Assembly: GCA_963665125.2 (NCBI GenBank)
Contig: CAXXUK010000001.1
Location: 3,296,001-3,360,000 of the forward strand
DNA: 64,000 bases
Direction of reading: 5' to 3'
From: an uncultured Desulfarculus sp.
Lineage (GTDB): Bacteria > Desulfobacterota > Desulfarculia > Desulfarculales > Desulfarculaceae
Both the position numbers and the translations under genes were made by a program. Under the pieces are notes generated by a model that saw only the letters and a program-made list of their open reading frames with translations, searched no databases and had not been told where the DNA came from. This document shows positions 10,945 through 21,153 of the stretch, one piece after another. How positions within the stretch are numbered: the first letter of the stretch is position 1; every line of letters begins with the position of its first letter.

Positions 10945-11271
10945 TCAGGCGGATAGCAGCCGGTCTTGCAGCAAGCTCTGCAAGTCACGGCGGCCATCGG
11001 CGATCATCATTACATACACATCACCGTTTAGGACCCGGTATATGATCCGGTAAGGCTTGAAGTAGACCTCCCGGTACTCCCGTATGCCCAGGCCCAATAG
11101 CTCCTTGGGGTAAGAACCCCTGTTTGGTGAACTGCTGAGGCCCGCAAAGGCCTCCTCGATCTTGCCCAGCACGTATTCCGCCTTGTCCGGGGCGTCATGA
11201 AGGGCGATGTAGTCGTGCATGCCTATAAGATCACTTTCCGCACCCTCGGTCAGCAGCACCGTATAAGTCAT
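10945..11271 (-). CDS. RelE/ParE family toxin
   Basis: 108 aa; AESDL..., YREVYFKPYRIIYRV, ADGRRDL; coupled to antitoxin. Confidence 0.85.
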   Translation of the reverse strand: MTYTVLLTEGAESDLIGMHDYIALHDAPDKAEYVLGKIEEAFAGLSSSPNRGSYPKELLGLGIREYREVYFKPYRIIYRVLNGDVYVMMIADGRRDLQSLLQDRLLSA

Positions 11272-11546
11272 CAGTCCTGTTCCCGCCTTGAACGCAGGTG
11301 GCTAATAACATCAGCGGCAGGCTTGACCTTGCCTTGTTCGATCTGCTTGTTGCCCAGAGCGAGGATCTTCAACAGAGCCATGGTCTCTTGGGTTTGCTCA
11401 TAGCTGGCAATGTCCTGAACGACAACCTTGGCCTCACCGTTTTGAGTGATGATCAAGGGCTGCCCTTGCTCGCCAAGGTTGCGGACTATATCGGCGGCAT
11501 TTGCCTTTAAATAACTGATTGGTTTGATTCTGCCGGATAAGCTCAT
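11271..11546 (-). CDS. Phd/YefM family antitoxin
   Basis: IKPISYLKANAA...PLIITQNGEAKVV; GGAGGG RBS before ATG at 11546. Confidence 0.88.
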   Translation of the reverse strand: MSLSGRIKPISYLKANAADIVRNLGEQGQPLIITQNGEAKVVVQDIASYEQTQETMALLKILALGNKQIEQGKVKPAADVISHLRSRREQD

Positions 11547-11652
11547 GATTCCCTCCATGTTGCCTGGTCTAAATATAGCCCAAATATGGTCACATTGTAA
11601 AGGCGGGGATATCCTATAGAGCTTGAGACTAATGGTAGATATTGTAGTAGTA

Positions 11653-11891
11653 ATCTGTGCAGCGAAGCTCATCACGGAAAAATCACACCATCACTCCAGG
11701 CAAGTACACCAGATGTACTTCTACTTAAGGCCGCGCCCGATGGGGCAATATACGATTGTATAAAGCGCGCTTCGCGCAATGGTTGCAACATCAGAGTGCC
11801 CCATCGGGCGCGGCTTAACTGTAGGACCGCATCTCATGCACTTCTTGGAGTAATACCATGATCTTTCCGTGATGAGCTTCGCTGCACAGAT
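11653..11891. repeat. Nested long inverted repeat (~240-nt imperfect hairpin)
   Basis: Perfect 28-bp arms at 11653-11680 and 11864-11891; perfect 18-bp inner arms at 11730-11747 and 11797-11814. Confidence 0.95.
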
Positions 11892-12096
11892 GAACTACTG
11901 TAATGACATGCTTGTTATCCTTCGGATAGACACATGAAACGACAGATGTTCATCTGTGCAGCGGTATAGTTGACTGTGCCTGTGTGAGGCATCGTTTGCC
12001 ATTAGTAGCGTAAAAACAAGAGATATAATAAGGAGTCGAACTATACAGGCAACTCCAAGACTGCCTGCATGTAGACATCTAACATGGTGCCTATGC

Positions 12097-13275
12097 CTAT
12101 AGAATTACGCCAAACGGATATTTGGCGTTAATCTTGTTTATATCTTCCGGTGAAAAGACTGTTAGCTTGCTTGCCCTTCGGTTGAATACGTGGCCATACG
12201 GATGATCATCCAAGTAGTTGCCAGGTAAAATCTGCTTCGCAAGCCTGTTGGCCTGATTTATGCCCAGATCCTGTATCGCTTTGGCGATCATACGACTATA
12301 CATTTCAACGTCCTTCCTATTTTGTTTGGTCTTTCCGTTTACCTTGAGGTATCTGTTTCTGAATAACCGGAAGTTGAATGTTTTAAGCTGTAAATATTTA
12401 ACTATGATGCCGCCATCAATCTTGAGTACATCTAGCAGACTATTTATTTGCATTCTTCTGAGTGCATTACGTTTAAGAGTAATCTCTAAGCGAACGAATT
12501 TGACCTTAGGAATTAAGCTACATGCCATATCGTTGTCTTCGATTATGTTCTGGCTATTTCGGTCTTCTTCTTTGATGTAGTTTCTCGCTTGTTTGGTTTT
12601 TGCCTGTCTATTATTTTGAGGGTAAATAGTACCATCAAAAGGTAAATCGAAGCCTCTGCCCGGATACATCAGGGAATGGTGATTGCCAAAGAAGTCGTGT
12701 AGATTTAAGCACTTATTTTTCGCCTTGGGCGTCATGTCTAATGCCAACTCAACTTCGCTGACATTGTACCTACAAGGCTTGACTGCCTCAACCATGCGAA
12801 GGTATATGTTGATGTCAACGTCATGTACCTTAATCGATACTAGACGTTCTACTTCGGCAGGTACAACAACGTCAACCTCACTAGGCATTTGATCTTCCTT
12901 GTGGATGAAATGTTTGAATACTTGGCCTACGCGCTCATGCACCTCTCCTTGCACTCTCTTATCCTTAAGAAGTTTAGGTAGGAATTTATCGGCTTCCCTT
13001 CTGCTGAGAGTGAGGGTGATGAAGTCATGGGTTAATCTTGTCTTAAATTTTTCTGGCTTTATACAAAAATTCTCCAGGTAATTACAATATAGTAGTAACT
13101 CCTCCTCGATTAAGATGCTTCTCTTGCGTGGGTAGTGTTTCATCAGTTTGTGTGCCATGGTCCTTGCTACTATATCCTTCTTGCTTTCGTGCTTTGGCTT
13201 GGTTTTTTTGTTATATCTTAGAGGTGGGTTGCTTTTTGCTTCTCTCAGATCTATATGGCCACTTGCTGTCAACAT
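12097..13275 (-). CDS. Hypothetical basic protein, possibly a divergent Rep_trans-like replication initiator
   Basis: AAGGAG RBS; VSEVELALD and VRLEITLKR resemble the RxDxAxD and R(F/L)E motifs of Rep_trans-type proteins. Weak resemblance. Confidence 0.4.
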   Translation of the reverse strand: MLTASGHIDLREAKSNPPLRYNKKTKPKHESKKDIVARTMAHKLMKHYPRKRSILIEEELLLYCNYLENFCIKPEKFKTRLTHDFITLTLSRREADKFLPKLLKDKRVQGEVHERVGQVFKHFIHKEDQMPSEVDVVVPAEVERLVSIKVHDVDINIYLRMVEAVKPCRYNVSEVELALDMTPKAKNKCLNLHDFFGNHHSLMYPGRGFDLPFDGTIYPQNNRQAKTKQARNYIKEEDRNSQNIIEDNDMACSLIPKVKFVRLEITLKRNALRRMQINSLLDVLKIDGGIIVKYLQLKTFNFRLFRNRYLKVNGKTKQNRKDVEMYSRMIAKAIQDLGINQANRLAKQILPGNYLDDHPYGHVFNRRASKLTVFSPEDINKINAKYPFGVIL

Positions 13276-13639
13276 GATGTCACTCCTTTATTGTCACATT
13301 TGTAAATAATTAGTTGGTGAGATTACCCTCTACCCAATCTATACGAAATCAAGGTGAGCATGCGGAATTAGTCTGGCATAACCGCTTCATGTACCATTTA
13401 AGACGTAAGGTGATAATCTTAAGCTTAAGGACAAATAGAGCAGTACATTGGTGCCAATATGTTGTCTCAATTTTGTGTCGTAAGTGCAGGGGATGTACTC
13501 ACAACATGGAAGCCATATTTACGCCATATGCCGTCTAATAATCGGTTAAAGTTGGCAATGAATAGGCAGGACATTTCAGGCAAGAAATGCTACTGTAGAT
13601 GCGTAACCGTTACCCATCTAACTGCGAGTACCGCTCATC

Positions 13640-14959
13640 ATGCCCATGATCAGAGTTGATGCCATCAAAGTTGACCAAAGACAGCGTTCCTTACGGCGAG
13701 AGAAGGTCGCTCAGCTTGCCGAGTCAATAGATGTAGTCGGTTTGTTGCATCCAATCGCCGTAACACCCGAAAACCGGCTAATCAGCGGACTGCATAGGTT
13801 AGAGGCTCATCGTCTGCTTGGCTTGCATGAGGTTGAATGCCGGGTCCTCAATATTGAAGAGGCTAAGCAAGAACTGGTTGAGATAGACGAAAACGTTGCC
13901 AGGGCTGAACTGAACGACATTGAGTTAGGTGAGCACATATTACGGCGTGAAGCGATTCTGGCGGACATGGGTCTGCAAGCCAAGCGTGGTGATAATAGAC
14001 ATACTGTCAACGGCCTCAACAGGGCCAAGGACGTGGCCGAAAGGCTGCGAATAAGCGTTGGCAGCATAGTTAAGAAGAAGCGCATCGCCAGGGAGTTGGC
14101 CTCTGATGTAAAGGAACGCCTCGTCATCACAAAATACGCCTTCAACACTACGGGCTTGCTGAAGCTGGCTAAACTTGACCATGACACCCAGCGTATGGCG
14201 GTTGACCTGTTACTTGATGGTCCTCACCGCGAACTTGGGCCAGCCATAACCGCTGCCTTGTTTGAGTCGCGCAAGAAAGCGGTCAATACAGTGCTCAAGC
14301 GCTACAAGTCGGGTGACGTTGATAACCTGTCATTGCTCTGTGGTGACTTTAGGCATGTTGGACGCTACATTGAGGCCAAAAGCGTTGATTGCATATGGTG
14401 TGATCCGCCTTATGCCAATGAAGCTATTTATGACAATTTAGGACGTTTCGCCGAACGTGTTCTCAAACCAGGTGGTTCATGCTTTGCATATTGCGGCCAA
14501 AGCCGCTTACCACAGGTTTTGCAGCTTATGGGGCAACATCTACGTTACTGGTGGATTTTGTCCTTAAACGTTAAAAATGGTGGCAAGGTGGCTGATCATG
14601 GCAGGCAAGTATTCATAGAGTGGAAGCCCATCGTTTGGTTCACCAAAGGCGACCATCGGCAGGTAAACAAGTATGTGCCCGACAACCCTGTTGCCTCATC
14701 CCCCGAGTTCAATAAAGAGCTACATCGCTGGGAACAGGACGTGTCCACACCTGACTATTACATCTTTAATACAACAGAGCCAGATAGCGTTGTTTGCGAC
14801 CCCTTCATGGGCACAGGTAGCACTGGTGTTGCTGCGTTAAGGTGTGGCAGAAGGTTCATAGGCATTGAAAAGGAGAAGGACACGTTTGAGAGCGCCAAAA
14901 TGCGCCTTAACAGCGAGATGGCCGTTTTGAGTCAAAATCCGCAATATTTGCCAAAATAG
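13640..14959 (+). CDS. ParB N-terminal domain fused to N4/N6 DNA methyltransferase
   Basis: GLLHPIAV..LISGLHRLEA (ParB/Srx); DPPY catalytic motif precedes the DPFMGTGSTG SAM-binding motif. Confidence 0.88.
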   Translation: MPMIRVDAIKVDQRQRSLRREKVAQLAESIDVVGLLHPIAVTPENRLISGLHRLEAHRLLGLHEVECRVLNIEEAKQELVEIDENVARAELNDIELGEHILRREAILADMGLQAKRGDNRHTVNGLNRAKDVAERLRISVGSIVKKKRIARELASDVKERLVITKYAFNTTGLLKLAKLDHDTQRMAVDLLLDGPHRELGPAITAALFESRKKAVNTVLKRYKSGDVDNLSLLCGDFRHVGRYIEAKSVDCIWCDPPYANEAIYDNLGRFAERVLKPGGSCFAYCGQSRLPQVLQLMGQHLRYWWILSLNVKNGGKVADHGRQVFIEWKPIVWFTKGDHRQVNKYVPDNPVASSPEFNKELHRWEQDVSTPDYYIFNTTEPDSVVCDPFMGTGSTGVAALRCGRRFIGIEKEKDTFESAKMRLNSEMAVLSQNPQYLPK

Positions 14960-15125
14960 GCGATTTGAGGACGCGATATAAACTGGGTTAACACGACCTA
15001 ATTATGACGTTACCGTAGTAATATCAACGTAGAATCAGGTATTGATGAATAATTTTAAAAACTGGAGTGCTTTTCGTATATATAGGGTAGAAGCGATAGA
15101 TCATGGTTCTAAGAAAGGCCCAACA

Positions 15126-15404
15126 ATGGACAAAATAGAAATCGCTATACTGAAAGCATTCGTAAGCAAAAAGGACAGAATAACAATTGATGTTGTGCCA
15201 ATGAATAGCATCATCCGGCGAGCGTCAAGAATACGCGGAAGAGGAGTAGTAGTAACAGCAAGAGACGTTAGGCAAGTGTTGGGATACTATGACCTAAGGT
15301 CTTCAAGAATGCCAAAAGAGTTAAGGTCACGTTACGGGGCCAGATGTTTTACAACTACAAACAAAGCCTATAAGGAAGTCTTACAATATCTTGAAGATCT
15401 CTAG
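15126..15404 (+). CDS. Small basic hypothetical protein
   Basis: ORF only; start uncertain (ORF track starts at 15042). Confidence 0.4.
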   Translation: MDKIEIAILKAFVSKKDRITIDVVPMNSIIRRASRIRGRGVVVTARDVRQVLGYYDLRSSRMPKELRSRYGARCFTTTNKAYKEVLQYLEDL

Positions 15405-16723
15405 GTAAAGGCTACACGAAATAACTGTAATCAGTTAACCCAATAGACCTCTCTATCAGCTTCTAAAGATCAGCCCACCGGGCATAATCAACCAAAGCAA
15501 TCAAGTCAGCGGCAAGCCCAACAAACCACACCGTTGATGGACCTCAACAAGTTAACAAGGTAACTGTTGCCGCAATTCGCAAGGACATAACGCCTACAGG
15601 TGAAGTGCGTCTTTACTTTGGCGAATGGTTGATTACTGCCCGGTGGGCCTGGTTTCATAGTTTGCGCGTCGGCCTATGTCTTGATGGCCAAGAGGTGAAT
15701 TAATTAAGGACCAGTGAAATCAAATAGTGGTTATTGAGAGATCAATATAGCGGCTTACAACAGGCAAGATAGTGCGGAGACGCTGTAACTATGTACCGAC
15801 TTGCCTGATTACACCGGAAATGAGCATAACGATCTTGCCGCATGGCTTATCACTGCATAGTTGATGACAAAAAAGCAGCTTAAATGAGGACGTTTTTCTA
15901 TTCTGGCTGACGGTTTTGGGAGTACGCAGGTGAAGGGCTAAACTGAGTTGATAAAATGGCAAATGATTGAAATGTGCACTTTATTGCCTAGTATAAAGTC
16001 TCTAATCCAGGACGAAAAAGTGGCCTAAGTTACAATTCAATTTCGTTTATAAAGACGAAAAAGGTAGTTATTTCCTTTGCATGGCTTATTTGTATGCAGT
16101 GTTATGATAAATTAATCCGATATGTACTATTGCCTTGACAAATGAGCTAATAAATGGTATACTGTATACAATAAATGAGGGAAGATTCTAATTAAATAGA
16201 TTGCTGCCTTTTCTAACGTGATCGGCGCAAAACAGCCTTCCCTCAGACAAGGCCAAGAGGGGACATGAAGTGACACTCGCGTCCTTATGGCCACCAACAG
16301 CGTTACGGCGCTAATCAACACATAACCAATCAAACAGTATGACAAACAGCGAGGCGATGCCCTAAAGGCGTTAGCACCGCTCACCTGCGGCTTTATGGAA
16401 GGAGGGCAAAAAGCCACGGGAGACGCACCGGTATGCCTATTTGTGCCGGGCTTGTGGAGTGTGGTTGTCTTGACCGCTCTCTCATACATAACTTGCCAGA
16501 CGCTTCCTTTTAGAAGCCGAGCATAATTGCCCGGCTCTACAACAGCAGACAAATAGGCATGCCGTGACAACGCTATAATTGCGGACCCGTGCGGCCTGAG
16601 TGCGCCCAAGCAAAACGGCGCACAACTATGCCCTGAGGAAGCGCCCCTGGTGGAACTTGCCGGTCGGAAACCACTCCGACCGGCATCGCTGTTTCTAGGG
16701 ACAGCGAAAAGGAAAGAGGACAA

Positions 16724-16909
16724 ATGAAAAATAGACTTATTGACATCCATGAACTTGGAAAAATCATTGGCCAATCACCCAAAACCATTAGGAATCGCCT
16801 GCATGAAGGCACCTTCCCCATCAAACCTGTCAAACAAGGCGGTAGACGCAACTACTGGTTCCTTGACGAAGTCTATGCCTACTTGGAAGGCCTTCGCAAG
16901 GCCAGCTAA
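16724..16909 (+). CDS. AlpA/excisionase-like HTH protein
   Basis: 61 aa; LIDIHELGKIIGQSPKTIRNRL..FPIKP..W..DEV; upstream of the integrase; purine-rich RBS. Confidence 0.8.
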   Translation: MKNRLIDIHELGKIIGQSPKTIRNRLHEGTFPIKPVKQGGRRNYWFLDEVYAYLEGLRKAS

Positions 16910-17024
16910 CCAAACAACTGGGGTGCGCCTCGCAATGCCGTGATAGCATTTCCCTGTCAGAAAGGAGATGCCTGTAGATCGACATTGCGTTGCGCGCCCA
17001 TCCACGAAAAAGGAGGGCGGAATA

Positions 17025-18155
17025 ATGCCTAAATATCAAGACAAAAATGGCAAATGGGTTATTCAGTATAAGGTTGGCTATGACTGCAAACCTGACCCTG
17101 AGAACCCTGGCAAAATGAAGAAGCGTATCAAATACAAGTCCGAGACAGTGGGCAAGTTAGCAAGAGTGGCTAATAGCTTGCTGCGGCAAAGGGAAGCGGA
17201 ATGGGAAGCCAAAATGGTGGAAGGCTCCATAGAGTCATCCGCGCACGTGAACAGCTACACTCTGGAAGAGTTGATACAGTGGTATTTGGCTCTGCCCGTG
17301 ACCCAGAACAAACGCTCCTATTCAAAGGACGTTGAACGGTCACCCTATCTGCTCAACTACTTTGGTGACATTAAGGCCAACAAGATCAAGCCCAGCATGG
17401 TTGAGAGTTTTCAGCACGATATGCTTAAGACCAAAAGCAAGCACGGGCGTCCTTTCAAGCCAAGTACGGTCAACCGTATGGTTGCCTTGATGAAGCGCAT
17501 ATTCAACCTCGCCTTGAGGGAAGATATGGTTTTGAAGAACCCTTGCTGGAAGGTGACCATGCTCAAGGAGAACAACCAACGGGATAGGGTGATCAGCTTC
17601 GAGCAATACGAGCTCCTGCAGGAACAGCTTGAATCCCACCTGAAGCCTATTGTGGCTGTCGGCTATTTCACGGGCATGCGGTTGGGTGAAATCCTAGGCT
17701 TGACCTGGAAGCAAGTGAACATGGAACAAGGTTATATCGACCTCGAGCCGGAACAGACTAAAACCTCTGAACCACGGCGCGTTTATTTTACTGAAGAACT
17801 GTGCCAAGTACTGGAGCGGGTTGCCAAAGTCAAGGGTCTGCGTCACAGATTTGTTTTTACCTACAAGGGCAAACCTATCACCAGTTTCCGGCGAACCTTC
17901 AGAAGCGCTTGCCAACGGGCTGGCATACAGGACTTCAGGTTTCACGATCTGCGCCATACCTTTAACACCAACATGCGCAAGGCTGGCGTGGACCAGACGG
18001 TGATCATGAAGCTCACCGGTCATAAGACCCCAGCAATGTTTAACCGCTACAACACGGTTGACCAGCAAGATGCCAAACAGGCCATGGAGCGCTTTAACGA
18101 CTTGTTGGCAGAACAAAAAAACGAGAAAAGTTCAGAACATGTTCAGAAGGGATAA
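17025..18155 (+). CDS. int: Tyrosine recombinase / phage-type integrase
   Basis: TGMRLGEI, FHDLRHT, LTGHKT, RY catalytic residues; AGGAGG RBS; abuts the tRNA 3' end. Confidence 0.95.
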   Translation: MPKYQDKNGKWVIQYKVGYDCKPDPENPGKMKKRIKYKSETVGKLARVANSLLRQREAEWEAKMVEGSIESSAHVNSYTLEELIQWYLALPVTQNKRSYSKDVERSPYLLNYFGDIKANKIKPSMVESFQHDMLKTKSKHGRPFKPSTVNRMVALMKRIFNLALREDMVLKNPCWKVTMLKENNQRDRVISFEQYELLQEQLESHLKPIVAVGYFTGMRLGEILGLTWKQVNMEQGYIDLEPEQTKTSEPRRVYFTEELCQVLERVAKVKGLRHRFVFTYKGKPITSFRRTFRSACQRAGIQDFRFHDLRHTFNTNMRKAGVDQTVIMKLTGHKTPAMFNRYNTVDQQDAKQAMERFNDLLAEQKNEKSSEHVQKG

Positions 18156-18160
18156 AAATT

Positions 18161-18180
18161 AGGGGCCCGAGAGGGCCCCT
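18161..18180. terminator. Hairpin between the convergent integrase and tRNA
   Basis: AGGGGCCC-gaga-GGGCCCCT, flanked on the left by an A-rich tract. Confidence 0.7.
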
Positions 18181-18197
18181 AACTCATTGAAATCATT

Positions 18198-18273
18198 TGG
18201 TGCCGAGGGACGGAGTTGAACCGCCGACACGGGGATTTTCAGTCCCCTGCTCTACCAACTGAGCTACCTCGGC
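18198..18273 (-). tRNA. tRNA-Phe (GAA)
   Basis: Reverse complement GCCGAGGTAGCTCAGTTGGTAGAGCAGGGGACTGAAAATCCCCGTGTCGGCGGTTCAACTCCGTCCCTCGGCACCA; 76 nt, CCA end. Confidence 0.98.
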
Positions 18274-18324
18274 TTTTTATGTGCGCACCTGTTTTTGGTT
18301 TACACCACGGGGATGCACTCGCTG

Positions 18325-18353
18325 TATATACCGGCGCTGCCGAAAAACGTCAA
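18325..18353 (-). promoter_or_regulatory. Sigma70-type promoter of tRNA-Phe
   Basis: TTGACG-17 nt-TATATA on the minus strand. Confidence 0.7.
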
Positions 18354-18447
18354 GGGTAAAAGGCTGAAGCTGTGATTGATTTCACCCTTGTACACCCGCC
18401 CTTAACATGCTATACGCCAGTTTGGGCATTACCTTTTGGGGGGAAAC

Positions 18448-19503
18448 ATGCTGGCAAAAGTAAAATCAATGGCTGTGTTGGGGGTAGGGGCCTTTCCCGT
18501 GGAGGTGGAGGTGGACTTGGCCCAGGGTCTACCCACGTTCACCACCGTGGGTCTGCCCGAAGGAGCGGTACGCGAATCAAAAGAGCGAGTGCGTTCGGCT
18601 CTGACCAATTCCGGCGCGGCCATGCCCCTTAACCGGATTACCGTGAACCTTGCTCCGGCCGATGTGCGAAAGGAAGGCTCGGGATTCGACCTGCCCATGG
18701 CCGTGGGCCTTCTGGCCGCCGCTGGGGCCGTGCCCGCCGATTCGCTGAACGGCTTGGCGATAGTCGGAGAACTGGCCCTGGACGAAGCTATCAGGCCGGT
18801 GCGAGGCTGCCTGCCCATGGCCGCCAAGGCTATAGAGCAAGGCGTCACCAAATTGATAGTACCGGCTGACAACGCCAAGGAAGCGGCCATTGTCCAGAGC
18901 CTGGAAGTATTCGCCGCGCCCGACCTGGGCAGGGTCATCGCCCATTTGCGGGGCGGTGAGCCCTTTGAAAAGGTTCAGGCCGACCCGGCTCTAGCCATGA
19001 GCCAGGCGGCCTACTACAGTGTCGACCTCAACGAAGTGCGGGGCCAGGAACACGTCAAACGGGCCCTGACCATAGCAGCGGCTGGCGGCCACAACATGCT
19101 CATGGTCGGTCCGCCCGGCAGCGGCAAGACCATGCTGGCCCGACGCCTGCCCACCATTTTGCCGCCGCTCAGTTTTGACGAAGCCCTGGAGGTGGCCAGG
19201 GTTGCTTCGGTGGCCGGCATGCTGCCCTCGGATAAAGCATTGGTGGCGGCCCGTCCCTTTCGCGCGCCCCACCACACCAGCAGCGACGCCGGGCTCATCG
19301 GCGGAGGCACGGTGCCCCGGCCCGGTGAGGTCAGCCTGGCCCACCATGGGGTGTTGTTTTTGGACGAACTGCCGGAATTCAAGAAAAGCGTTCTGGAAGT
19401 CCTGCGCCAGCCTCTGGAGGACGGAAGGGTGACCATCACCAGGGCCGCGGCCACGGTGGATTTCCCGGCCATGCTCATGCTGGTGGCAGCCATGAATCCC
19501 TGA
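18448..19503 (+). pseudogene. comM: comM/YifB Mg-chelatase-like ATPase, 5' part, truncated by element insertion
   Basis: [36 protein letters not shown]; stops at AAMNP-TGA where the family continues C-x-C-G. Confidence 0.93.
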
Positions 19504-20992
19504 CGTTGTGTTGCTGTGTTGACGCGTTCTTTTCAAGTTCCTTGAAAAATGGCAAGTAGTGAAATTCGATGGATATCTCGTCTTCGTGGATGACGATTTT
19601 ATCGGTGATAGCCTCGACTATCTGTCTTTGCTTTTCAAAATCAAGCATATCCCACCGGTTATAGAGCGAATGGGCTTCCGATTGGATTTGTTCAGAGGAG
19701 AGAGACCTAATTTTCAATAGGTCAATTTCTGCCTGGAGCTGGGGAATTTCTTGTTCCAGTTGGGCGAACCTTTCCTCCAGCGGTCGGTAATTGCGATCAA
19801 AACCATTAGAAGAAATTTTGTCATCCATGTAGAGACGGTAAATCTTGTCCATCTCAGCCTGGACCTTTTTCTTCTCTTCCGTCAGGACCGTGAGTCTTTC
19901 CGACCTCTGGACGATCTGGTCATCTGACTGGTGCAGGTAAGTTTGTAGATCTTCATCAGAAAGCAGAAAGTCCTTCAGTTGCTCCTGATAAATCGCATTG
20001 AGGTCATCTATCGGAATTTTGTTCTTACAAGCCTTGCAGACATATTGGGGAGAGCTACTGAAGACATACATCTTGCCGCCACAGTGGCAATAGGCCAAGC
20101 CTGGGAAAAGATGCTTGGCAGTTTTACGGCTAATCTTTTCCCGTGAGGTTCTCTGTTTATCTAAAAATTCGTTACATTCTCTGAAAAGCTCTTCAGAAAC
20201 AATGGGCTCCGATTCAACATATATCCATTCGTCTTCAGGTTTTAAGGTCCAGGCTTTACCTTCTCCCAGGCTTTGGGTGTAATTGGCTCTTCTGGTCCCG
20301 ATGACAATGGGATCTCTAAGTAGACGGTCAATGGTGGTGTCGGAGAATTTCGCTCCCTTTCTAGTGCGGTAGCCCTTCTCGTTGAGAATCCTGGCGACAG
20401 TCTTTTTCCTTTTATGCTCATTGAAGAGTTCAAATATGAGCTTTCGGATAGGAGCCTCATTTTCATCCAGAACCAGTACCTTGTTCTCCCAGCGGTAGCC
20501 GAAAGGGGCTGCTCCACCGGTGGACTTGCCCATTTTGGCTCTGACGGGGACGGAAGCCTTGACTCGTTCGGATATCTCTTCTCTCTCCCATTGGGCCATG
20601 GCGGCAATCATGGTGTAGAAAAGGCGGCCTGCCGGGGAAGTGGTGTCAATGGCCTCTCCCAGAGAAACCATACCGGCTTCATGCTCCTGGAAGATGTCTG
20701 AGATGTCTAACAGGTCTTTGGTGTTTCTGGCTAACCTGGCTAGCTTGGAAAAGATGAGGGCTTCAATATGGCCGTTTTTAATGTCTGTTAGCATCCGCTG
20801 GGCTTCAGGATGCCCCAGGACGCTTTTGCCTGATACTCCAGAGAGGTCATAGAGTTTAATCACCTCCCAGCCTTTGGCCTCGGCATAATATCTGGCTCGG
20901 CGCTCGTGGTGCTCAGGGGATTCTCCTTGGGCTTGGTCAGCCGTTGAAACCCTGACCCAGATGCCCACTCTTTTTCTGAGCTTTCGTTCCAT
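19475..20992 (-). CDS. Large serine recombinase 1 (reads across the left att junction)
   Basis: WVRVST catalytic Ser, [12 protein letters not shown], Zn ribbon CHCG..CKAC, coiled coil; the last 8 aa are encoded by antisense comM. Confidence 0.95.
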   Translation of the reverse strand: MERKLRKRVGIWVRVSTADQAQGESPEHHERRARYYAEAKGWEVIKLYDLSGVSGKSVLGHPEAQRMLTDIKNGHIEALIFSKLARLARNTKDLLDISDIFQEHEAGMVSLGEAIDTTSPAGRLFYTMIAAMAQWEREEISERVKASVPVRAKMGKSTGGAAPFGYRWENKVLVLDENEAPIRKLIFELFNEHKRKKTVARILNEKGYRTRKGAKFSDTTIDRLLRDPIVIGTRRANYTQSLGEGKAWTLKPEDEWIYVESEPIVSEELFRECNEFLDKQRTSREKISRKTAKHLFPGLAYCHCGGKMYVFSSSPQYVCKACKNKIPIDDLNAIYQEQLKDFLLSDEDLQTYLHQSDDQIVQRSERLTVLTEEKKKVQAEMDKIYRLYMDDKISSNGFDRNYRPLEERFAQLEQEIPQLQAEIDLLKIRSLSSEQIQSEAHSLYNRWDMLDFEKQRQIVEAITDKIVIHEDEISIEFHYLPFFKELEKNASTQQHNVRDSWLPPA

Positions 20993-21153
20993 GGGAACAC
21001 CCCTTAACGGTTGTAGGCTGCGAGATATTTCAAAGTATCTCATAAAACCAGGGTGTTCCTCAACAGGGCAACACAAGGTATTTGCGTTTATATTATCTAT
21101 TTGAAATTAAATATGATTATTGGTTGGTATAAGAACTTGGCGTTTGGAAGTCG

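Larger units (their letters stand above)
1..18197. mobile_element. tRNA-Phe-anchored integrative island (left end not seen)
   Basis: int/xis next to the tRNA 3' end, plus Rep-like, TA and defence cargo. I did not find the duplicated tRNA end in the window, so the left boundary is unknown. Confidence 0.65.

Noticed and set aside
11653..11963. CRISPR array, integron attC or retron msr-msd reading of the repeats
   Set aside because: Repeats are inverted rather than regularly spaced direct repeats; no cas, integron integrase or reverse transcriptase gene seen in the window.
15405..16120. Short open stretches in the ORF-poor part of the tRNA island
   Set aside because: No start/RBS or recognisable homology; may be gene remnants.
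16127..16774. 215-aa minus-strand ORF, vaguely Ash-like
   Set aside because: Overlaps xis on the other strand, has no convincing motif, and is better explained as structured leader DNA.
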